From NCBI GenBank assembly GCA_024704765.1, contig JAKMXF010000360.1, positions 62,160 through 126,159 on the forward strand: a DNA stretch of 64,000 nt, written 5' to 3'. Positions 49,282 through 59,721 of this stretch are shown one piece after another. This stretch comes from Oopsacas minuta (Eukaryota > Animalia > Porifera). The translations under genes and the position numbers were made by a program. Below the pieces are notes generated by a model. The model saw nothing but the letters and a program-made list of their open reading frames with translations. It had not been told where the DNA came from and ran no database searches. The stretch's first letter is position 1. Each line of letters starts with the position of its first letter.

Positions 49282-50888
49282 ATGGCACAGAGAGATGACA
49301 CCTCTCCGACCAGAGAAGATGAGCATTGGAAGGATCAGCTGATTAAACCCCCAAGAGATGAAAGGATCAGGACTAGTGACGTCACTACTACGAGTGGAAT
49401 AGAATTTGAGGACTATTCTCTTAAGAGAGAGCTGCTGATGGGAATATTTGAGTTAGGGTTTGAGAGACCGTCTCCTGTACAGGAGGAGAGCATTCCACAG
49501 GTATTATTTGGTAACTAGGGAAGAACAGTGTAACATTCTTGGGAGTAGCAATATATATTCTTAGAACCGGTTTCCAAAGGATGGTGCTTATATCCGGCAT
49601 GTACTGTTCTTAAAACTTTATATTATTATTGTGTTACTATTCTAACACCTCTAGGTACTGTCTGGTAAGGACATACTAGCCCGGGCTAAGAACGGGACAG
49701 GAAAGACAGCTGCTTACCTGATCCCCATCCTCCAGAAACTGGACCCCTATCTCCATGATATACAGTCTCTAATAATAGTACCTACAAGAGAGCTAGCTCT
49801 ACAGACATCTAATATAGCTAAGGAGCTGAGTAAGCATATGGGAGTTAGAGTAATGGTAGCTACAGGAGGTACTATACTAAGAGAGGATATACTCAGATTA
49901 CAGGATATAGTACATCTGTTAATTGGTACATATTATATAACTGTTACCAATCCATTCACGCTTGGACCCCAAGGACTCCTTGGAGCTAAGGTTGCACTTA
50001 AATTAACCAATAGAATATCATCTTTAGGTACACCTGGTAGACTCCTAGACCTTATCCGTAAGAAGGTAGCTAGCATGGTAGGCTGTGACGTCATGGTACT
50101 AGACGAGGCAGATAAACTACTATCCATGGATGTTAATGAGAGTCTCCCTCAGATTCTGAGACATCTACCGGATGAGAGACAGGTGTTACTATACTCTGCT
50201 ACATTTCCTGTTAGTGTTAAGTCATTCTGTGGCAGACATCTGAATGATCCTTATGAGATAAATTTGATGGAAGATCTGACACTTAAGGGTGTGACTCAGT
50301 ATTATGCTTATGTAGAGGAGAGACAGAAGGTGGTTGTTTGTTTATTTGTTTGTTTACTTTTTTATTTGTTTACTTGCTTATGTGTAGGTGCACTGTCTCA
50401 ACACCCTATTCCTCCGTCTACAGATACAACAGAGTGTAATATTCTGCTCTACTCGTTCCAGAGTAGAACTACTCGCTCGTAAGATTACAGATATAGGATA
50501 TTCCTGTTTCTACATTCACTCCCAAATGCTGCAGAGCTACAGGAATAGAGTATTTCATGACTTCAGGAAGGGTAACTGTAGGAACCTGGTCTGTACTGAT
50601 CTATTCACGCGGGGAATAGACATACCAACTGTTAATGTTGTTATTAACTTTGATTTCCCTAGCAATGCAGAGACCTATCTCCATCGGATAGGACGTACGG
50701 GGAGGTTCGGTCACATGGGAATAGCTATTAACTTCGTTACTGAGAAAGATATCCCCCTTCTCTTCAGAATAGAACAGGAACTTAACACAACGGTAACTGC
50801 TATACCCCCGGAGGTAGAGAAACGTCTCTATGTACCAGAATTCCAACTTCTCATCGAGGGGGACAACCCTAACACCAACACGAAATAA
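49282..50888 (+). CDS. DDX6: DEAD-box RNA helicase DDX6/Dhh1, multi-exon
   Basis: [84 protein letters not shown] and [12 protein letters not shown]. Confidence 0.98.
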
Positions 50889-51152
50889 CTCTTGCTGTTT
50901 CAACATTTCTCACTTAGCTTCACTACGGGATAGTGACAATGGTATGGTGTGAATATTTTTAGACAGGGCTGGTCCCTAACAACCCTCACTACACAATGGA
51001 ACGCTTATTGTGTCCGTATACTTAGTATTGAATATTCTCTAGCTATTGCAATTGTTATAACTTAACAAACAAACAATAATAAATTTATATTTTCTAAATT
51101 TGCTATTTCTTCTGAGATCTATTTATAGCCGGGGCAGACGGATTCCTAATTG

Positions 51153-51166
51153 GTTGCTATGGATAC
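51153..51166. promoter_or_regulatory. X-box-like GTTGCTATGGATAC next to an inverted CCAAT
   Basis: Sequence taATTGGTTGCTATGGATACcg lies between the convergent 3' ends of DDX6 and the LAP gene. No target gene identified. Confidence 0.25.
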
Positions 51167-51290
51167 CGTATGAATGTTACTATTGCATATAATTAGCAGA
51201 ACACATCATATCACTGAACAGTGTAGAAAATAGTGTATTGTCTATGAGATTAAAATATTACAATACATCATGTCTTAAAATATATATTAG

Positions 51291-54200
51291 TTAGTGGGAT
51301 CCAGAGAGGAGTCGATTGGTACCCCTGGTACTTCCTGTTTAAGGTTCTCCTCCAGGTCCTGGAGACGTTTTATCAGGTCCTCCATGTGCTGGGTCTGATT
51401 GGTCATCTTTTGGGTCATCATCTCCCGCCATTGCTGTCTCTGGCCCTGTCCTAGACATTTGATTGGTTAAGATATTGAATAGATGTATACAGGTGTTTAT
51501 ACATAATTCAAATAATTACTGATATATAACTAATGGAATAGGTGTTACTTTGATGGTTTGTGACCATATTTGTATAATTTAATACTTTAAGCGGGTAATT
51601 AATATATCCGTGTTAGATATTACAGGAGTTTATTGTATTAGTAATTCTATGATAGATTTAATTCAATTAAAATTGAGTTAGGAAGCATTGAGGAATGTTA
51701 GTTATATAAGGTGTGAAAATGATTATATACCCTGAACTGAGTTGTCTTGTGTATCACCAGGAGATTGATCATCATCTGAATCATCAGCTGTAAACAAACA
51801 ATAACAACAACAATAATTAAATAAATAAATAAACAACTCACCAGTACTATACTCCCCTTCACATATAATTAGCGTCATGTTAGTGTTACACTTAGAAAGA
51901 ATAGTAACAGCTTCTTTATACTGTAAGCCTATTAAGGATTTACCATTAACCTCGAGGATACGTTGTCCAGACTTGAGATGTCCTGGAGCTGAAGCTGGAC
52001 TATTCTCCTGTATCTAAATAGGTGTGAAAATGTGTATAACACAGCTGATTTCTAAGAAAGGTGATAATATTCTATAACTTACAGATGATATGTATATTCC
52101 CTTGCTAGGTTGATTCTCCATATTCTCTAGATCTGTATCAGCTGTTGAGGTAGAAGGTATAGCTACGTCATCTCTTATAACTAATCCATAACTCTCTGAT
52201 TCTTTTTTGACAAGTGAAACTTCCTATTAAGATTATTAATTATACATTTTGTATTGAAAATAATCCTGCATAGTATTAAGCTAGCTTTATTGTATTATAT
52301 AACCATGGATATGCTGTTAATATCTTACCTGTAATCCTGGAGGGGGAGGTACATGTCTAACAATTATCTTTATTTCATTTCCTGATTTAGTGAAGCATTC
52401 CACAGCTGTTATATGAGCAGCTTTACGTAGATTCTGATTATTTACCTATATGTGATAGTTCCAGATAATAATTCCAGTTACACATACAATTATATCATAT
52501 TTCAAACCTCTAGAATCCTATCTCCTACTTTAAGTAGTTTGGTCTTATCAGCTGATCCACCTGGTACAATCTATAATAGTAACACATTAGTATAGTATAG
52601 AATATATTCATATGATTCATTTGTCACCTTAGAGATGTATATACCAGGTCTTCCCTTCCCGAAGGGTCCACTAGATATTGTTCCTCCTCCCACTATGCTC
52701 ATTCCAAGCTTCCCACTTTTCACTAGTAATGTCTCCTATAAACATTCCATTATACACAATCCGTTGCTAGGTAAATAGGTGTGAATTAATCATATACCTC
52801 TACAGGGTAGTCACTGTCTGAGTCGTGATCAGAGGATGATAGCTCTGTAGAGGATGCGGGTGATACAGGTTCATCAACTGATACCTTCCTGACCTCTTGA
52901 TCCTCTGGGGTCATTCTGTGTATACGGAGACGGACTGATCCCTTGGTATTCATTAGGAGAGCAGCTACCTCTCGTTTACACAAGTTCTCAAGAGATTGTT
53001 TGTTTACCTGTTTAGAAACAAACAATATAATATCATATAGTGTAACCTCAACCAACTGGCCTCTGGAAACGGAGTGAAATAAATAGAATTCTTAGTCCCA
53101 TAAAAATAAAACCTCACAAAGAGACAGGGTAGCATTGCTAACACCCCGTATTAATATAAATAGAATAGTGCATACCTCTAATATCTGGTCTCCCTGTCTG
53201 AGTCTACCGTCTCTGAAAGCTGCTGAGCCAGGCATTATTGATTTAACGAATATTCCCTCCTAGTAAAATAAACAAACATGTAAACAAACTAGTAAACAAT
53301 CAGACAAACAAATAATTACCTTAGCATAATCACTATCTCCCCAGAAAGTGAATCCTAACTCTTCAAATCCTTCTCTGCCAACAACAATTTCTTCCTAAAC
53401 AAAACAACAAATAAACACAAATATAACATATAAGCTGTAGCCTAGTTACCTCTGTGAATTTAGGAATTCTTAGCAGATCAGGTGTAGTAGGTATGTCAGG
53501 GGTCTGTTTCAATTCAACTTCCTGTCTCCCTGATTCTACCTCTGCGTACTTAATCACAGCTATATGGGAATCTATATACATATGTATAACATATCTGTAA
53601 AGGTGTGAGAATATGATTAATCTACCTGCTTCATCAAGAGTACTGGGCTTAGACACTTTCCCTTTCTTGCTTCCCTTCTTACCCCCAAATTTGAATAATT
53701 TAAATTTCCTCTTCCTTTTCTCAAAGGTGTCATATTCATAATGTGTCTCTTTAACACGTGACTCAAATTTTACTTGTTTCTTCTCCGTAGCAACCTAGTG
53801 TGTAGTATGGAATGTTATACGTAGTTCTAATATTAATTATTAATTATTACTTACTACTGCTCGCATAGCAGAGTCTTTAATCTTCCCTCTATCCTTGTAA
53901 CGAGGTGTCTTCTGTCTCTCAATCTAATAAACAATAATAAACAACAAACTAGTAAACTAGTAAACAACAACACACAGGTACTCCGACAGATGTTAGTCCG
54001 GGCTGGAATGTTACTTCTGGTTCCCCTTTGGACTCAGTAGAGTCCTCCATGTGATCAAATATATCCCCTGTAGGTAATCCCAGGTGAGATATGTCTATAA
54101 ATATAAGGTGTTAGAATATGTATATTTATTTGTTTATTTGTTTGCTGTTTACCTAAGTTTTGTGGTAGGAAGTGGTGTGTACAAGTGGGACCTTGGTTAG

Positions 54201-56139
54201 CACCTTGATTAGGCTCTATGTCTAGCTTCATGACTGGTAAAATCTACAAATAATAATAATAACAAACCTGTGTATATTATTTGTGTATATATATATATAC
54301 CTGTGATTCTCCTATCCAAAGAGCTGATAGATCTAACTCTGTCATACTAGCTGGTAAACACTTCAATCTGTAAACAATAATAATAATAACAATAACAGAT
54401 ACCGGTTATAGAGTACTCCTAGTGCTGTTCTTAATACTTACTTATTGTTTCTGAGGTCTAACACTTTAAGTTCCGTCAGCAACCGAACAGATTCAGGAAT
54501 GTCAACCAATTCATTATTCCTTAATGATAGAATACGGAGTGATGGATTCTTCCCGAACTGTAAACAAATAAACAAGTAAACAACAAGTAAATAGAGGTGT
54601 TAGAATATGAATATACTCACAGAGGAAGGAATATGAGTGATTCTATTCTGATCCAAATACAATACCTCTAGATTTGGTAGTTCATATAAAGCAGCTGGTG
54701 TAGACTATATGTGTATATATAATAAAGGTGTAAGAATATGAATATTTAGTATAACTAACCTCTAAAGCATTCTCACTAAGTACGAACTCTCTAAGCTCTA
54801 CAAGACTATATAAGGAGAGGTGTTATAATATGTATATACAGCTATATTAATATAATATGCTTACTGTTCTATCGTATCAGGAAGAGAGTGCAGTCTGTTT
54901 ATATCTACTTTGAGGAGTGTTAGTTTCTTCAAATGTCCTGTAAACAAATAGGTAAACAGGTAAGCAAGTAACAAACAAACAAACAAACAAACAAACAACT
55001 AACTTACCAATTCCTAGAGGTAACCATTGTATACAGTTCTCAGTTAGATGCAGGTCTGCCAGATTCTGTAACAGATTAATATTATCCGGCAGAGCATCCA
55101 ATCTATTTTTAGACACATCTAAACATTCTAATCTTGATAGGTGTGATATTTCTTGTGGCATTTCCGGTAGATTATTAGAGTCTAACCATAATTCTTGTAG
55201 CAGAGATAATTGTCCTATTTCTGGGGGCTATGGGATATGATTAAATAGACAAATAGTAGAGTATATTAATGTTACATACCAAATAGTCAATCTCGTTACC
55301 ACCCAAGTCAAATTGTGCTAGTTTAGATAAACATCCAATCGATCTAAAGCAAACAAGCATAAACAAACAAATAAATAAATAATAAACAAATAACTCACGC
55401 GGGTAATTCTGTTAGATTATTGTCTCTACATTCTAACACTTGTAAATTAACTAAACTGTAAACAAATATATAAATAACAATAATAAACAATATTTGTAAA
55501 CAAAATACCTTCCTATCTCATTAGGCATTCTCTCTAGGTTTGTGTCGTTAAGACAACATTTAGTTAAGCTCTTAACTCTAGCTACACAGTCAGGTGTTCT
55601 GAAGTATACAAACAAACAATAATCAAATATTCACACCTCTGAGTATATATACATATTGTTGTTGTTTACCTGACTAACGGATTAAAAGATACATCTAAGA
55701 TTCTGAGACTATTACAGTGCTGTATGTTATCTGGGAGATCTATCAAACCTATGAATAATTACATATAATATCATAGCAACGGATGTGTGAGGTAGGAATG
55801 TACCATTTTTACTAATGTCTAGCTCTACTAATCTATCCATGTTAGCTATTTGCGGAGGAATCTTAATGAGGTCATTCTCACTTAGAGTTAACACTCTCAA
55901 GTTAATCAGCTGTTGGAAGAGTAACTAAAGGAATAAACAAGTAAACAAACAAATAAACAAATAAACAAATAAACACTAACAGGAGGTAGATCCTTAATCT
56001 GGTTATAATCAAGATATAACTCATGCAGAGATCTCCTCTGTCTGTATATATAGTCAGGCACAAAGATCAGCTGTTTTCCTCTGAGATCCACCTGATCAGC
56101 CACAGGAGCACAGCCCGCACACGCCTTGAATACCGACAT
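51291..56139 (-). CDS. SCRIB: LAP-family polarity protein (LRR, LAPSD, three recognisable PDZ domains), Scribble-like, many short exons
   Basis: VPDYIYRQRRSLHELYLDYNQIKDLP and RLECLDVSKNRLDALP mirror Scribble LRRs. LAPSD-like PVMKLDIE...HHFLPQN. PDZ carboxylate loops ELGFTFWG, KLGMSIVGG and SYGLVIR. Orthology to SCRIB versus another LAP gene is inferred. Confidence 0.85.
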
Positions 56140-56954
56140 ATTAATGCTATTTATAGAATGCTGAGTAAATAACAACAATAAGGAATAACTGTATATATAC
56201 TAATATGTATATTTTCACACCTTGTAGATCAATTGAAAGTATTGGATTGATCTTAAAGCTGAGACATAATTTCTGTTAGAAAATAATTAATTAAGCTACT
56301 TTATAGGAATATTAAGGATTCTAGCCTCGAGAACAGCCAATCATTTGTCAGGATTCTAGGCGCCAGACTTATCAAATAACAGCTGATATATGTTGCTAAG
56401 GAGTCATTTATGGAATGTGAATATTTCTAACAATCGAACATTTTCCGTAAATGTATTAACTATTGATTTAGTAAGCAAGAATATTCCACATATAATATAA
56501 ATATTTAAGCGCTATCTAATCTATAAATAGAATAAGCTATATCCTGGTATGAATATATTTATGACACCTCCAGAATCAATAACAATAACAACAAAGTGCA
56601 TAAATAAAATCAAACAAATATCTATATTATATAAGCAAGCATAGAGCCTATAGCTAATGTGTAGGAAGGCTAATATATTCAATAACTCGGTTTCATTAAG
56701 GAGTTATGTCTGTCTTAGTGAAGATATTGAAATATGATTAAGGTGTTATAATTAATCATATGACAGGGATTGCTCAGCAGACCTGAATAGACAATAATTT
56801 TGCATACAACTAGTGATTAATCATATGAATAATCCTGACACCTTATATGGCTTTAAAATATATTTATTCAATAAAAATGCAAAACAAAATATTTACAAAT
56901 AAATAAAAGCAGTGGTGTATGAAAGAAAGCTGACTGGCCGTGTTAAACACATTT

Positions 56955-58307
56955 TCACACCTTTTTAATAAATTTAGGTAGAATCGGTTTTGGTTTTAGT
57001 ATTTTTGGCTTTGCTGGGATTTCAGAAATTTTCTTTTTTAGTTCCATCATTTCACACCTTATATGATCAGCTGTTTTCCTCTCTTCTTCCAAAAGTGTTG
57101 TATTAGTTTCTAAATCTTTTGTTACCTTTTCTAGGAGAGCTTTTAAGCGGACACATTCCTGTCTCCCACTTTTAACCTCTTTTTCCAGTTTCTGTCTGAC
57201 CACTATTTCCCCGCCTAACACCTGTGAATTTTCTATTTTTGAATCAATCAGCTGTTTGTTCAAATTAAATATTTCTAATTTTAGATTTGAGTATTCATCA
57301 GATTGTGTTGTCATCTCTGTGCCACTTTTCACGCCTATAGCGGGTTCCTCAGGAGCTAGAGGGACAATATCCCCCTCGTCAGGTGGTCTGTGAATAACCG
57401 CTAGAGGCGATACAATCTTACACTCACTCACTGGAGAGCTACATTCCTTCTGAGCTTTATCGTTGTTAAGGACAGGACTAGTAAGAGGTCTTTTAGTCAG
57501 GTGGTGTTTGTGTGTACGGATGGGTATAGGATCCAGTTTATCTGATGTTATGGGAGCAGATTGTGTGCCACATTCTGACGCCTGTTTCTTAACAATTTTA
57601 CGATTCTTACAGGTGTCATAATGACTGGGTATTTCTTCAGTTATGTCCAGACCCTCTTTGACCTTACGGGGTCTGGGGGCTGCTACAGGTTGTCCGTCAA
57701 TTGGTGAGCTATTCTTAGACTCAGATAGAGGAGCACTGATCTTAGAATCCTGCATTCCTTTGTTGTCATAGTTACGAAGATGTCTGGGCTGGAATAATGG
57801 ACTTTTGGTGTTTGTAGGTGGAGCAGAGAGAGGTGTTACTGGCACGGGGAGGTTGGATGGGATCTGGTAGATATCATCCCTCAGACAGTCTCTAGGGATT
57901 TTATAGTGATCCTCCTCTATCAGGTGGTCATAGTAATCATCACTAACTGATAGCTTTCTGTCTTCGACTTGAATTGCTTCGCTACAGGAAGGTGTGAAAT
58001 TCATTTCTTGAGATTTACTCTCATAAATGGCACAATATGGCTGACATGACACCTCAGTTCGTATCTCTATAAATAGACAAGTTGCAGAGGGAACCACTTG
58101 AAATGGCTCAACAGTTACCGCGTCAAAATCATCACCTAACAACATTCCTGAATGTGTACCGGTTGCTATGGTATCTGTACATGAGAAATGATTCTTTGAT
58201 GTCTCCCAGTTTAGAGTAGTGGTAATTTTGTCACCTGAGAATAACACCTCTCTACATCCAGTGGCTCTATCCTTCCTCCAGAATAAATATACGTTAGTCT
58301 CCGTCAT
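56955..58307 (-). CDS. Intronless 450-aa protein of unknown function with a Tyr-motif/Pro-rich middle and C-terminal coiled coil
   Basis: 1,353-bp uninterrupted ORF with an acceptor-like cttcacacctctagag directly before the ATG. Contains YDHL, YKIP, YQIP, YDNK and YDTC motifs and a heptad-like region LKLEIFNLNKQL...LKKKISE. Confidence 0.75.
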   Translation of the reverse strand: MTETNVYLFWRKDRATGCREVLFSGDKITTTLNWETSKNHFSCTDTIATGTHSGMLLGDDFDAVTVEPFQVVPSATCLFIEIRTEVSCQPYCAIYESKSQEMNFTPSCSEAIQVEDRKLSVSDDYYDHLIEEDHYKIPRDCLRDDIYQIPSNLPVPVTPLSAPPTNTKSPLFQPRHLRNYDNKGMQDSKISAPLSESKNSSPIDGQPVAAPRPRKVKEGLDITEEIPSHYDTCKNRKIVKKQASECGTQSAPITSDKLDPIPIRTHKHHLTKRPLTSPVLNNDKAQKECSSPVSECKIVSPLAVIHRPPDEGDIVPLAPEEPAIGVKSGTEMTTQSDEYSNLKLEIFNLNKQLIDSKIENSQVLGGEIVVRQKLEKEVKSGRQECVRLKALLEKVTKDLETNTTLLEEERKTADHIRCEMMELKKKISEIPAKPKILKPKPILPKFIKKV

Positions 58308-58422
58308 CTCTAGAGGTGTGAAGTGGCAGGGAAGTGGCAGGATAGGATTCTAATAGATATAAGTATAATTGTTATAAATATATCAAACAAAAAGATATGA
58401 ATATATATATATATTTACAAAT

Positions 58423-59031
58423 TCAAGAGGTGTTGACTGTAGAAGAGATGGTTTTGCCAAAAATCTTAGTCATAAACCACAAACCAGTTGTGCCACCTGG
58501 TACATAACTACACAGATACCATAGCAACGCCAAGAGCTGAAGAATGCCAAACAATAGAGTGAGAGGAGTGGAATGTAGCAGGACAGAAGCAAGTAGGGTG
58601 AGCAGGAGGGTAGCGATATAACTCAGAGTAAATGGGAGTCTCTGGAGAGATAGGATATGTGTCAGGTGTGCCCACGGACCCCAGAGGAACGAGAAGCTAC
58701 CTAGGGTGCAGATAGACCCCAGTGTGAAGAGGAGAGCAAATCTCCTCGCCTTTAGGACGATAAGAGGAACCAGTAGACCCGCTAACACAAAGAATATTAT
58801 ACCAAGTCCCAGAGAGATCAGGAATCCGACTAGTCTCTCCTTCCTGCCCAGACTAGGTACCCATTCAGTCTCCTGTTCTTGTGATCCCCTCCACCATCTG
58901 GCCAGTATACCCTCTCTGCCACTTGTTACCTCTCCTGCCTCCACGTCAGGTGGTTTAGTGTCACCTCTTGTCAGAGTTATGCTACTTGTAAGTGGCTTCT
59001 TAGAGAATATATTCATATATGCTAACATCAT
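58423..59031 (-). CDS. SFT2D3: Vesicle transport protein, SFT2/Got1 family (SFT2D3-like), intronless
   Basis: SLGRKERLVGF...LKARRFALLFTLGS...WGP...RLPFTLSY...QLLALLWYLCSYVPGGTTGL, with four TM segments. Confidence 0.88.
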   Translation of the reverse strand: MMLAYMNIFSKKPLTSSITLTRGDTKPPDVEAGEVTSGREGILARWWRGSQEQETEWVPSLGRKERLVGFLISLGLGIIFFVLAGLLVPLIVLKARRFALLFTLGSICTLGSFSFLWGPWAHLTHILSLQRLPFTLSYIATLLLTLLASVLLHSTPLTLLFGILQLLALLWYLCSYVPGGTTGLWFMTKIFGKTISSTVNTS

Positions 59032-59721
59032 AATTAAATTATAATAATCATCCTATGATATGACATAATTCACACCTCAATGACAAGTATAAACAATTTA
59101 TATAGCATATTTTAACACCTATTAGAGTTAGTATATATTCTATTAATAGTTTATAACAAAACTCTTTTATCGTTAAAGTCGTATAAAACACAAATAATGT
59201 ATTAACCTCAAAATATGAGATTTTAACACCTTTAGCCTTTATAAGTCATATAATTATTAAATATTAGATTTATCATTAATAATTCAAGAATAAAGCTTTG
59301 ATGCAATTTTTATGGCAGAAAAATTCACAAAAGAATTCACCAAAATTTGTAGCTTAAACGCTTAAACTTTTACAGATTTATTATCTTAACAAATAATCAC
59401 TGAATAGAAATATTAAACAAATCAGATTAGTTTTCCTGTTACTTGCGATATAAACAAACAATCCATGGTGTGACACACGAGTGTAATATAAAGGTGTTTA
59501 TAAGAACATTCCTTTGGTAATTATACACAACCACACATAATGGCCTGAATAGGTATGTAGCTAGCATTCAGCTATGAATCAGTAGGCTTACCCAGTCTAG
59601 CCATAAATTACAGATTTCTAAATATATTCTATTATTTATTCTAGCTTTACTCCATAGTCCATTATTTGTTGTTATTTGTTGATGTTTGTTGATGTTTGTT
59701 GTTGTTTAGATTGTTAGCTAA

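Noticed and set aside
58706-59044. Antisense ORFs (also 41506-41889, 43818-44180, 45292-45498, 49933-50127, 50601-50906, 6546-6866)
   Set aside because: They are shadows of recognisable genes or transposase on the opposite strand, with no independent motif support.
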